Source of the DNA: an uncultured SAR86 cluster bacterium | GTDB taxonomy: Bacteria; Pseudomonadota; Gammaproteobacteria; Magnimaribacterales; D2472 | DNA length: 64,000 bases | Assembly: GCA_902591665.1 (NCBI GenBank) | Contig: CACJBO010000003.1 | Span: forward strand, 41,129-105,128 | Direction: 5' to 3' | In this document: in pieces, positions 9,253 through 18,712 of the stretch | Numbering within the stretch: position 1 is the stretch's first letter | How the letters are laid out: each line of letters opens with the position of its first letter | The notes under the pieces: generated by a model | Database searches by the model: none | What the model saw: the letters and a program-made list of their open reading frames with translations, nothing else | What the model was told of the DNA's origin: nothing | Position numbers and translations under genes: made by a program

Positions 9253-10065
9253 CTAGTCAATTAATACATTATCTATGAGCCTAATTCCACTAATAGATGC
9301 TGCAATAGCAACTAATATTGGCTTCGAATTAAAGTCTTCGAGATCTTTTAAGCTTATTGGATCGCAAACTGATAAATAATCAACGTCAAAACCTTTTTTT
9401 GTTAACTCATCTTTATAGCTCTTAATGATTTCATTAGACAAGTTACTTGAATTGTCTTTGATTGAAGAAAGAGTTTCATAAAGTTTGGAGGCCTTTTCTC
9501 TATCAGATTCAGATAGTCTATTGTTTCTAGATGACATTGCTAATCCACTTAACTCTCTAACAGTATCAACACTTATAATTTCTATAGGTAGATTATTTTC
9601 TTTAACAAAATTCTTTATTAGGGTTAATTGCTGAAAATCTTTCTTACCAAAAAATGATCTAGTAGGTTTGGTTATTTCAAATAATTTATTAACAATAGTC
9701 AAAACACCATCGAAATGACCCGGCCTATTCATTCCACAAAGATAAGCGGCTGTATCAGGTGCTTTTATACCTTTAATATTCTCAAGTATTGAAGAATCTG
9801 GAATAAATAATGAATCACAACCATGTTTAGATAAAAGAGCAATATCATCATCTAAAGATTTAGGATAGTTATTAAAATCGCTAGCATCATTAAATTGAAG
9901 CGGATTTATAAATATGGAGGCGTTTATATGGGAATCATAAGACCTTGCCTTATCAATTAGCGCCATATGACCTTTATGCAAATTCCCCATTGTTGGCACA
10001 AAAGAAATTGATTCAAGAGTGTTTCTAAATTCTTTAAATTCTTGATATGCGGTTATAATTTTCAA
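9253..10065 (-). CDS. panC: pantoate--beta-alanine ligase
   Basis: 270 aa. PTMGNLHKGH (HIGH-like), FGKKDFQQ, SSRN. Confidence 0.95.
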   Translation of the reverse strand: MKIITAYQEFKEFRNTLESISFVPTMGNLHKGHMALIDKARSYDSHINASIFINPLQFNDASDFNNYPKSLDDDIALLSKHGCDSLFIPDSSILENIKGIKAPDTAAYLCGMNRPGHFDGVLTIVNKLFEITKPTRSFFGKKDFQQLTLIKNFVKENNLPIEIISVDTVRELSGLAMSSRNNRLSESDREKASKLYETLSSIKDNSSNLSNEIIKSYKDELTKKGFDVDYLSVCDPISLKDLEDFNSKPILVAIAASISGIRLIDNVLID

Positions 10066-10071
10066 GATATC

Positions 10072-10887
10072 TTAATAAAAAGTATGTTCTTCTGCAGGGA
10101 AAGTTCCAGATTTTACTTCTTTAACATAATTAGCTAGAGCTTCTTGAATTGAACTGGAGTCTTCCATAAAGTTTTTAACAAATTTTGGCAATCTATCTAA
10201 GCATGAAATACCCAGCAAATCATGCACAACCATTACCTGACCATCAGTTGCTGATCCAGCACCAATCCCAATTACAGGAATTGATATCTCATTCATGATT
10301 AATTTAGTTAATCCATCTGGTACGCATTCAAGAAGCAATAATGAAGCTCCAGCCTCTTCAAGTGATTTAGCTTCATTGATAATCAATTCATGTTTTTCCG
10401 GATCTCTTCCTTGAACAAAGTTACCACCTATTCTATTTATAGCCTGAGGTGTAAGCCCCATGTGAGCACATACAGGTATTCCTCTATCTGCTAGCATAGA
10501 TGCCATTTTAGAAATCCACTCTCCGCCTTCAATTTTTATTGAATTTGCTCCTGCTTGCATTAGCCTTTTTGCGTTCTCAAGACCCATATCATCAGTTGCG
10601 TAACTCATAAATGGCATATCCGCCATTATATGAGCTCCCTTATTGCCTTTGACCACACATTCTAAGTGATAAATCAGTTGATCCATTGTTACTGGCAATG
10701 TACTGTCATGACCTTGAATAACCATGCCAAGACTATCACCAACAAGTACAACATCCACTCCTGCATCGCATATTTTTGACGTTAGTGTCGATTCGTAAGA
10801 TGTTAAGCAAGTGAACTTTTCACCCTGCTCTTTCATCTTTTTTAATGAAGATAACGTAGTTTGTTTTTTATCCGATTGAGCTGACAT
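10072..10887 (-). CDS. panB: 3-methyl-2-oxobutanoate hydroxymethyltransferase
   Basis: 271 aa. LVGDSLGMV.QGH.ST..V, KIEGG and GHMGLTPQ blocks. Confidence 0.95.
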   Translation of the reverse strand: MSAQSDKKQTTLSSLKKMKEQGEKFTCLTSYESTLTSKICDAGVDVVLVGDSLGMVIQGHDSTLPVTMDQLIYHLECVVKGNKGAHIMADMPFMSYATDDMGLENAKRLMQAGANSIKIEGGEWISKMASMLADRGIPVCAHMGLTPQAINRIGGNFVQGRDPEKHELIINEAKSLEEAGASLLLLECVPDGLTKLIMNEISIPVIGIGAGSATDGQVMVVHDLLGISCLDRLPKFVKNFMEDSSSIQEALANYVKEVKSGTFPAEEHTFY

Positions 10888-10889
10888 AG

Positions 10890-12089
10890 TTAAGATTTAA
10901 TATTTAGAGCGATTATATTTAATATTTCACGAGCAATTTTAATTTTTTTATCTTTTTTAAGAAAAATAATTTCATTTTCTGTAATAACATGCACTTCATT
11001 ATCATCCGAATCAAAGCCTATAGTTTTGTCTGATACGTCATTAGAGATAATCATATTAAGGTTTTTTGAATTTAATTTTTTGCTTGCATTATCATTTACA
11101 TTTGAGGTCTCAGCAGCAAATCCAACAATATAAGCTGAATTATGACGTTTAGAGACCTCAGACAAAATGTCATGATTTTTTTCTAAATTAATTTCAAGAT
11201 TTTCGGAATCTTCTTTCTTAATTTTTGTATCTGAATAATTAGCTGGCTTAAAATCAGCAACAGCTGCGCAAGATATGAAAATATCAGATGATTCCATACA
11301 TTCAAAAACCTTATTTAGCATTTCAGCAGCAGAATTTATTTTAAATAGATTTATTCCTTTGTTGGCTATTAAGGATACAGGACCGCTAACAAGATTAACA
11401 TTTGCGCCTTGAAGTTTTGCTGCCTCTGCAAGAGCGTAACCCATTTTTCCTGAGCTATTATTTGATATATACCTCACAGGATCTATTTGTTCTCTCGTTG
11501 GGCCAGCAGTGATAGTTATAGTTTTTCCAGACAAAGGGCCTTTATGTAAATCAGACTTTATTAACTCAATTATCTTTTCAGGCTCAACAAGTCTTCCAGG
11601 CCCTACATCGCCGCAAGCTTGCTCACCTTGATCTGGACCAATAAAATTTATACCTCTAGATACAAGCGTTTGGAAATTATCTTGGGTGCTTTTATCAAGC
11701 CACATAGTTGTATTCATTGCAGGTGCTATATACGAAGTTGCATTTGACGCTAGAATTACAGATCCCATTAGATCATCTGCTCTACCATGAGTTATCTTTG
11801 CTAAAGATTCTGCTGTACAAGGTGCAATTAAAATAATATCAGCCCATTTAGCTAATTCTATATGTCCCATTGCAGATTCAGCTTTTACATCTAATAGCGA
11901 ATCATGTATCTCATTTCCAGAAACAGCCTGAAGAGTTAACGGAGTTATAAACTCCTTTGCTGATTCTGTCATTACAACTCTCACATCCGCTCCATCTTTT
12001 TTAAATAAGCGAATAATTTCAGCAGACTTGTATGCAGCTATACCACCGGTAACGCAAAGAAGAACATTTGTGTTTGAAAAATTAAGCAT
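10890..12089 (-). CDS. coaBC: bifunctional phosphopantothenoylcysteine decarboxylase / phosphopantothenate-cysteine ligase
   Basis: 399 aa. N-terminal flavoprotein domain (GGIAAYK) and C-terminal ITAGPT.E.IDPVR.ISN.SSGKMG. Confidence 0.95.
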   Translation of the reverse strand: MLNFSNTNVLLCVTGGIAAYKSAEIIRLFKKDGADVRVVMTESAKEFITPLTLQAVSGNEIHDSLLDVKAESAMGHIELAKWADIILIAPCTAESLAKITHGRADDLMGSVILASNATSYIAPAMNTTMWLDKSTQDNFQTLVSRGINFIGPDQGEQACGDVGPGRLVEPEKIIELIKSDLHKGPLSGKTITITAGPTREQIDPVRYISNNSSGKMGYALAEAAKLQGANVNLVSGPVSLIANKGINLFKINSAAEMLNKVFECMESSDIFISCAAVADFKPANYSDTKIKKEDSENLEINLEKNHDILSEVSKRHNSAYIVGFAAETSNVNDNASKKLNSKNLNMIISNDVSDKTIGFDSDDNEVHVITENEIIFLKKDKKIKIAREILNIIALNIKS

Positions 12090-12111
12090 TTTCTTAACTA
12101 TTCAGAATTTA

Positions 12112-13062
12112 TTAGAGAATGATACCAATTACGCGGTCTATAAACCAATAAAAACCCATCCCGCCTATGGATAAACTTGCTGTTATTTGCAGATAATTAT
12201 CATAATTAATCTTTGAAGCAACATATATTAATATTAAAGGAATTGGAATAAGCGCTATTTGAGCTAATTCAATACCAATATTAAAAAATAGCAATGACAA
12301 TAGCATTTGATCGTTGGCAATACCTATATCACTTAATGCTCCTGCGAAACCTAGACCATGAAGTAAACCAAAGCTAAAAGCCATTAACCAAGGTGTTTTA
12401 AGCTGTTTATCACTATCATTAATTTCCAATGCTAAATAAACTATAGTCAGCGCAATAAGAGCTTCTACCGTGCCTTGAGGAAGATAAATAAGGTCATAGA
12501 CAGAAAGACCTAAAGTAATGCTATGAGCAACTGTAAATGCAGTTATAGTTTTAATAATATTTACTAGGCCGCTAATACAAAATAATAAGCCAAATATAAA
12601 TAAAATATGATCTAGCCCATCAAATAAATGACCAATTCCTAGGTATAAATATGCTGTTGGATAATATTGTTCAACTAATGGAACTTCTAATTTATTTCTT
12701 TGAACGTTAACCAGCCCTTCAAAGGTATCTTCTTGAAAATTTATAGTTACTAATGCATCGGTTAGAACACTCAGATTAACAATTTCTATAAACCTTCCTT
12801 TAATAGACTCATTACATTCAAGAGAAATTTTTTCAATAATATACTTCCCTTGCACGAAGGGGTCTAAGCCTGTTGGCGTGCATATATCTGGAAAAATTAC
12901 GTCAGCTCTTTTTCCTATATTTTTAACAGGATACATCCAAGTAGCTTCATAAGAGCTCAGATTTTTATCAGACTGATCAATAATTAAATGAGCTGGATTA
13001 AATTCATGTGATAAAAGATTGAGTGAACCAATTAAAAGAAAAAAAGATAATAATTTTTTCAT
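12112..13062 (-). CDS. HupE/UreJ-type (family 2) membrane protein with a ~130-aa periplasmic N-domain
   Basis: 316 aa with a signal peptide. GIGHLFDGLDHILFIFGLL and AHSITLG motifs of HupE_UreJ_2-type putative Ni/Co permeases. The C-terminal half is polytopic. Confidence 0.65.
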   Translation of the reverse strand: MKKLLSFFLLIGSLNLLSHEFNPAHLIIDQSDKNLSSYEATWMYPVKNIGKRADVIFPDICTPTGLDPFVQGKYIIEKISLECNESIKGRFIEIVNLSVLTDALVTINFQEDTFEGLVNVQRNKLEVPLVEQYYPTAYLYLGIGHLFDGLDHILFIFGLLFCISGLVNIIKTITAFTVAHSITLGLSVYDLIYLPQGTVEALIALTIVYLALEINDSDKQLKTPWLMAFSFGLLHGLGFAGALSDIGIANDQMLLSLLFFNIGIELAQIALIPIPLILIYVASKINYDNYLQITASLSIGGMGFYWFIDRVIGIIL

Positions 13063-13856
13063 TAAAATTTAAGATCTGGATTTATAAAAATTGTATATTC
13101 CGATCTGATATTATTTAAAAACCCTTTTACTGCTTGCTCTCTTTTTATTTGTAAGAAATCAACCTCTACCTGTCTTAATACTTCTTCTATTTCAGGAATA
13201 TATCCTGGGTTAACAGAATTGATATAAACAATATGATGACCGTATGTAGATTCAAATGGACCATTCCATACAACAAGATCGGCTGTCATTAGCTCTTTGC
13301 TAAAAGACTCTCCGAAATTAGTGTTTATATTTCTTAATGGTTCGTTTGCAAATGCTTTCCCTAAATAAAATGGATCAGATTTAACTTTGCTATTATCTTG
13401 AAGTGCTTTTAAGGCTTGTTGAGATCTTTCAAGTGAGTTGTTATTTTCTGAAAAATAATAATGAGTGAATGTAAAAGAAGGTTCGATGTAGTACTTTTCT
13501 TTATTATTTTTATAATACTCGTTCAACTCTTCGGTGGTTGGAATCTCAGGAATAGATTCTTCTTTTAAAAATGAAATCTTTTGAGCAAGCCTCCTTTTGA
13601 TAATCGTATCTTCTTGATCTAATCCCAAAAGCAGTGCTTCTCTGTAGAGAATTTCCTCATCAATTAAATTATTAATTATTCTTGCTAGCTCATCATCTGT
13701 TGGATCTCTGCCAACCTGTGATCTCCAAGCGCTAATTAAACTAAGGATTTCTTGATCTGATACAAATATATTTTTATCTTCATCAGCACTCATTGCTGTA
13801 TCAACCAGATACAAACAAATTCCAATAATAAAAAATATTAAAACTTTGTATTTCAA
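13062..13856 (-). CDS. periplasmic parvulin/PpiC-like peptidyl-prolyl isomerase-like protein
   Basis: 264 aa with a signal anchor. SurA-N-like helical region (EILYREALLLGLD) and a degenerate rotamase core (GPFESTYGHHIVYI). Its stop abuts the next gene's start. Confidence 0.5.
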   Translation of the reverse strand: MKYKVLIFFIIGICLYLVDTAMSADEDKNIFVSDQEILSLISAWRSQVGRDPTDDELARIINNLIDEEILYREALLLGLDQEDTIIKRRLAQKISFLKEESIPEIPTTEELNEYYKNNKEKYYIEPSFTFTHYYFSENNNSLERSQQALKALQDNSKVKSDPFYLGKAFANEPLRNINTNFGESFSKELMTADLVVWNGPFESTYGHHIVYINSVNPGYIPEIEEVLRQVEVDFLQIKREQAVKGFLNNIRSEYTIFINPDLKF

Positions 13857-13879
13857 TTTATCGTCTAAGATTATTAAAT

Positions 13880-16030
13880 TTAAGTACTTAAATTAATCAT
13901 TCTTACTGTTCCTCCAAGAGGAACGACATCAACATCACTTGCTGGTGGAATGTACCATATCGGTGATGACCAAGCTCTTTCTTGAATAGTATCGTGTAAA
14001 TCTTCTCTTGGTTTAAAGCCTCTGCTAATTGCATCCCATGTACTCCATCTACAAGTAGGATTTTCTAATACCCTAGCGTAATAAAAAGATTTAGTTTCAT
14101 TATCAAAATGTGGATCGATCCAGTTTGCTTTCAGTTCTGACGAACCAATATTTTGGGTTATGGAACAATCATTGATATTAACTTTAGCTCCATTATCTGG
14201 ACATCTATTTGTTACAGGATCAACCTGAAGCCCATCAGAACACACAACGTCATAAACTTTTTCATGAGTTCTACCCGACGCATCAACCCAACCTTTTATG
14301 ATTTGTACTCTTTGAAGAGGAGCGCCATTTTTATCTCTTTGTGCCCAAACTATAAATTCAGGGGTTTTATCACCATCACCTACTAGATCAGAGCCCATAG
14401 TTACTCCGTTTTGATAAGCCTGACTAACTAGCATCTCAGAGTTTAGATCTATACTAGATAAGTTAAAACCACCAAAGAAACGAACTGCAATACGAGTTCC
14501 TGTTGTTGCAAAAGTTTCTTTTCTTTTAAAAGCTTTAAATATTGAATCTCTGGTATTTTCTTCTGCCCACACAGCAGCTAAACCAGAAGCACCCCATTGA
14601 GTGAAACCAGTATTTGCATATTCACCTTGCTCTAAACTAACGGTACTTCTTGGTTGGTTGAATGCTCTCATGTAATCATCCATTCTTTGAATGTTCTCAG
14701 GAGTTAATGGTGCAGAACCTCTATTTTCTGGATCTCCATCAAGAATACCAACCTTAGACCAATAATTTGATTCATCAAAAGCACCAGCACCGGTATGAGT
14801 ATCAGAAGAACCAATAAGACCAAATTTATAAGGATTACCTTGTTTGGTAAATTCTAATGTTAATCCGTTTAAATAAGCCTCTCTAACATAGCTACCAGAT
14901 GGCCTGCTATAGGTTGGCGGCCTACTCCCTACTCTCACATCCATTATTTCAAAATCAGCCCATTCATCATCTGGTGAAAGCAAAGGATGTGTCTCTGAAG
15001 TACCTTTTACTTGAGTAACCTCAACTATAGGTTCATTTCGCATTCTTTTTTCAGCATATTCTCTATTAATTGGATCAGAATAAAATGTTTCCATTTCAAA
15101 CATCTGACCATTTGACCCATTTGGATTATGAGGTATTGAAACAGTATCGACACCCTTATCTCGAAGTTTATCTTGCCAAGTCCATAAATCCTCCGGATTT
15201 ATTGAATCTATTCTTGTCCAAGGTCTAATAGGAGCCTTTGATGAATTAAAAATAACATTTCTATGTAAATTACCGCCTTCAATATTCGTTGAAGTTGTAA
15301 ATTCATATCCAATAAATGTTGTGAAATGTCCAGGATCGTTATGCTCATTAGCAGCTTTAGCTACATCTTCCCAAGCTGATTTATGAATTTCATAGTCAAA
15401 AGATCTCAAGGCAACTTGAGTATTTTTTGTTAGCCAAGCTTTCAATACATTAGGGCTTAAATCTGAATAAGGTTCTGTAATAGTTCCTCCAAGAATTGTG
15501 CTAAATAAAGCTGATCTTGGTCCAGCAGATTCAGGTGTTATATTTTCCATTTCATTTAAGTCATGAAAAGGTTTAGCAAAATCTTTTTGAGAGATATCAG
15601 TTGAGGTATCTGCCCAAGCATTTAACATACCCATAAAAAAACCGTGATCAGTTACTGAATAAAAATCTAACGGCTCTTGCAATTTCATCTCATATCCCAT
15701 GGGATGCATAATTCCCTCTCCTTTAGCATATCTATATGCATCATTAGGTGTTGCTGTGACACCAAATATATATGCATCAAAAGAATGCTTAGTATGGACA
15801 TGAAGGTCGCCATAATAAGGATTTCTATCCTTGTTAGGTTTTGGTTTTGGTTTAGATGATTTTTCTTCATCAGATGAAAAATCTATAATTTCAGTAGCGC
15901 TATCTGATCTCATCATATCTAGGAGACTAAGCATTGGCCTAGAATCAGTTACTGATGACCATAAGCCGGCAAATAAAGCTAAATAGATTAAAGGTAATGC
16001 TATTAGAAGCTTTATAAAAATTGATTTCAT
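13880..16030 (-). CDS. DUF3604 family protein (PHP-like metal-dependent hydrolase fold), membrane-anchored, paralog A
   Basis: YYGDLHVHTKHSFDAY PHP-like His motif, GSSDTH, and a cysteine-containing conserved C-domain (CSDGL.VDP.T.RCPDNGA...C). The start at 16030 (MKSIF..., TM anchor) is preceded by GGGGAGA; the longest ORF reaches 16090. Confidence 0.8.
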   Translation of the reverse strand: MKSIFIKLLIALPLIYLALFAGLWSSVTDSRPMLSLLDMMRSDSATEIIDFSSDEEKSSKPKPKPNKDRNPYYGDLHVHTKHSFDAYIFGVTATPNDAYRYAKGEGIMHPMGYEMKLQEPLDFYSVTDHGFFMGMLNAWADTSTDISQKDFAKPFHDLNEMENITPESAGPRSALFSTILGGTITEPYSDLSPNVLKAWLTKNTQVALRSFDYEIHKSAWEDVAKAANEHNDPGHFTTFIGYEFTTSTNIEGGNLHRNVIFNSSKAPIRPWTRIDSINPEDLWTWQDKLRDKGVDTVSIPHNPNGSNGQMFEMETFYSDPINREYAEKRMRNEPIVEVTQVKGTSETHPLLSPDDEWADFEIMDVRVGSRPPTYSRPSGSYVREAYLNGLTLEFTKQGNPYKFGLIGSSDTHTGAGAFDESNYWSKVGILDGDPENRGSAPLTPENIQRMDDYMRAFNQPRSTVSLEQGEYANTGFTQWGASGLAAVWAEENTRDSIFKAFKRKETFATTGTRIAVRFFGGFNLSSIDLNSEMLVSQAYQNGVTMGSDLVGDGDKTPEFIVWAQRDKNGAPLQRVQIIKGWVDASGRTHEKVYDVVCSDGLQVDPVTNRCPDNGAKVNINDCSITQNIGSSELKANWIDPHFDNETKSFYYARVLENPTCRWSTWDAISRGFKPREDLHDTIQERAWSSPIWYIPPASDVDVVPLGGTVRMINLST

Positions 16031-16133
16031 ACTGAATCTCCCCATATGTATATTTACATTAATTAAATCAACTTGATTGACTATAGTCAATCAAATTAAG
16101 TGCGTATTGATTATGCTTAAATGAGCGAGGGTA

Positions 16134-18179
16134 TTAAAATGATTTTACCCAAATTGGTGATGACCAAGCTCTTTCTTGAATAATTGAATCGATATCAGAT
16201 CTTGGCTTCTCTCCGTTCCTTACCGCATCCCAAGTTGACCATCTACAAGATGGATTTTCTAACACACGAACATAATAAAAGGCATTTATGTCAGAATTAA
16301 ATTCTGGATCTTTCCAAAAGGTTTTAAGTTCTGATGACCCTATATTTGCTGTGGTTGAGCAATCATTAAGATTAACTTCTGCTCCATTATCTGGACAACG
16401 ATGGGTTATTGGATCAACCTTTAACCCATCTGAACATGCTACATCAAAAACCTTTTCATTATGAACTCCGTTTTCAACCCATCCTTTAACTACTTGGGAT
16501 CTTTGTAATTTATTGCTAAGTGGATCTGAAACCACCCATATTAAAAATGTTGGGCTCATTTGATTATTTATAAAAATATCTCCACCCATAGGTGTGCTCA
16601 ATGAATAAGCTTTTCTTATAAGATTTTCATCTGAAAGATTATGATTCTCTAAATCATAGCCTCCAAAAAATCTCACCTTGATTCTAGGACCTGATGTTGC
16701 AAAGGTTTCTTTTTTTCTGAAAGCAGCAAAAATTGATTCTCTAGTATTTTCTTCAGCCCAAACACCTGCGAGACCAGAGGCACCAAAATATATAATTCGG
16801 TCTCCTGCATTAAGATAATAATTATTATCAACATATTTCATAAGATTTGCCATCTTGTATTGGGTGACCTCTTCTGAACCAGAAATCTTACTCATAATAA
16901 AACCAAAAGTTTTATTAAATGGTACTGAACCCCTAAGCTTAGGAGTGCCATCAATCATACCAATTTTAGAGAAATGTGTTTCTTCATTATAGGATCCGCC
17001 AGCTACATGACTATCGCTAGAACCAATAAGACCAAATTTATATGGATTAACAATTCCTTTTTCTTCAATTGCAAGTCCTCTTAAGTATGCATTTCTTACA
17101 TAGGATCCCTTAATATTTTTCATTTCATTTGATGGATACCTAGATGGTGCGGCAGTTTCAAATGAGGCCCATTCATCGTTTTTTGAAATTAATGGGTGAG
17201 TTTCAGATGTTCCTTTAGCTTGTGTTATTTCAACTAATGGTTCATTTAATAGTCTATTAGACGCATATGAATCATCAATTGGTCCGCCATTAAAACTTTC
17301 GTTGGAAAAGGCAGAACCACCAGAAATATTTGAGTTATGAGGAATGGCTAAACTATCAACACCATTTTCTCTGAGACCATTCATCCATTCCCATAATGGT
17401 TCAGGATTCTGGCTATCAAGTCTCGAAAAAATTTTATCTGGAAGATTTTTAGTGTCCTCAAATATTACATTTCGATGAAGGTATTTATTATATAGGTCTT
17501 CAGAAGATGTATATTCGTAACCTGCGAAGGTTGTAAAAATACCAGGCCTATATGCATCATCAGCAGCTCTTATTGTTTCTCTCCATACACTTTTTTGTAC
17601 ATTATCTATGAGATCTTTATCAATTGTCCCATTTCTAATGCCTTCAATAGTCGTCCTAGCAAAACTCCCAAACAATCCACCTCTTTTAATAACTTCTAGA
17701 AACCCATCAGATCTGGACTCATTTAAATTATGTAGTGGCTTTGTATACTCATATTTAGAAAATAAAGAATTAGTATCTGCGGCAGTTGGAAGAAGACCAA
17801 GAAAAAAACCATGGTCAGTTACTGCATAAAAATCGAGTGGTCTTCTAAGCTGAATGTCATAGCCTGTTGGATGAGGAATTGATTCTCCTTGGGCATATTT
17901 ATAAGCCATTTCAGGATCACTTAAGGATCCAAATGTATAAGCATCAAATGAATTTGAAGTATGTATATGTAAATCGCCAAAATATGCATTTTTGTTTGGA
18001 TTAATCAAAGGTGCAGAATTAGTATCCAATAAATTGGCTACCTGATAATAAGAATCATCTAATGTGGTTTGAACTTGTTGCTCTTTATCTACATTAAGAA
18101 TAAACAAACCATAGAAAATAAAACTGCCAAGTATAATTAATAATATTAATACAGCTACGCCAATCTTTTTTACCATCAA
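16134..18179 (-). CDS. DUF3604 family protein, membrane-anchored, paralog B
   Basis: 681 aa with an N-terminal TM anchor. YFGDLHIHTSNSFDAY, GSSDSH, and the same C-domain as paralog A. Confidence 0.8.
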   Translation of the reverse strand: MMVKKIGVAVLILLIILGSFIFYGLFILNVDKEQQVQTTLDDSYYQVANLLDTNSAPLINPNKNAYFGDLHIHTSNSFDAYTFGSLSDPEMAYKYAQGESIPHPTGYDIQLRRPLDFYAVTDHGFFLGLLPTAADTNSLFSKYEYTKPLHNLNESRSDGFLEVIKRGGLFGSFARTTIEGIRNGTIDKDLIDNVQKSVWRETIRAADDAYRPGIFTTFAGYEYTSSEDLYNKYLHRNVIFEDTKNLPDKIFSRLDSQNPEPLWEWMNGLRENGVDSLAIPHNSNISGGSAFSNESFNGGPIDDSYASNRLLNEPLVEITQAKGTSETHPLISKNDEWASFETAAPSRYPSNEMKNIKGSYVRNAYLRGLAIEEKGIVNPYKFGLIGSSDSHVAGGSYNEETHFSKIGMIDGTPKLRGSVPFNKTFGFIMSKISGSEEVTQYKMANLMKYVDNNYYLNAGDRIIYFGASGLAGVWAEENTRESIFAAFRKKETFATSGPRIKVRFFGGYDLENHNLSDENLIRKAYSLSTPMGGDIFINNQMSPTFLIWVVSDPLSNKLQRSQVVKGWVENGVHNEKVFDVACSDGLKVDPITHRCPDNGAEVNLNDCSTTANIGSSELKTFWKDPEFNSDINAFYYVRVLENPSCRWSTWDAVRNGEKPRSDIDSIIQERAWSSPIWVKSF

Positions 18180-18251
18180 ATCATCCTAGCATATTTGTTC
18201 TTAGCAGATAGCTTATTTATAAACGAATAAAAGAATATAATATCCATCTTT

Positions 18252-18328
18252 GCGCCTGTAGCTCAGCTGGATAGAGTACTTGGCTTCGAACCAAGGGGTC
18301 GGGAGTTCGAATCTTCCCGGGCGCACCA
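18252..18328 (+). tRNA. tRNA-Arg (anticodon UCG)
   Basis: 77-nt cloverleaf. Acceptor GCGCCTG/CGGGCGC (one G-U pair), anticodon arm cttgg-ctTCGaa-ccaag, T-loop TTCGAAT, encoded CCA. 72/77 identical to the Arg-ACG gene at 7847. Confidence 0.9.
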
Positions 18329-18341
18329 TATGCTTATAAAA

Positions 18342-18710
18342 TTATTTGTTGTTTTCAACCCATTCAGCATAACCACCTAAATTAAAAACATTTGTATATC
18401 CTTGATTTAAGAGAAAATGTCCTACAAAGGCTGATCTTATCCCTACTGCACAATAAACTAAAATAGTTATATCTTCATTGTCATTCAGATGATTCTTGAT
18501 TAGAGAATGATCAAAATTAGCATCAATAATGCTTTTGGGTATATTGACTGCATTTTTAATTAACCCTGTTGCTTCTATCTCAGAAGTCTCTCGAACATCT
18601 ATTATTAAAGTATTTACTGTAGAGATAATATTATTTGCTTCTTCAAAAGATAGTCTTGGAACACGGTCATTAGCTTCTTTAAGTAATTTTTGAATATCTG
18701 TTTCGTTCAT
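18342..18710 (-). CDS. rhodanese-domain sulfurtransferase
   Basis: 122 aa. DVRE..E and the catalytic loop YCAVGIRS (CxxGxR). Confidence 0.85.
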   Translation of the reverse strand: MNETDIQKLLKEANDRVPRLSFEEANNIISTVNTLIIDVRETSEIEATGLIKNAVNIPKSIIDANFDHSLIKNHLNDNEDITILVYCAVGIRSAFVGHFLLNQGYTNVFNLGGYAEWVENNK

Positions 18711-18712
18711 AA

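Noticed and set aside
7847-18328. A 10.4-kb segment bracketed by two directly repeated, 94%-identical tRNA-Arg genes, considered as a possible genomic island or recombination cassette.
   Set aside because: The content is core metabolism (panBCD, coaBC) plus the DUF3604 cluster. There is no integrase, no att-like partial tRNA repeat and no obvious compositional shift. The repeat is better explained by tRNA gene duplication (see the anticodon-switch finding).
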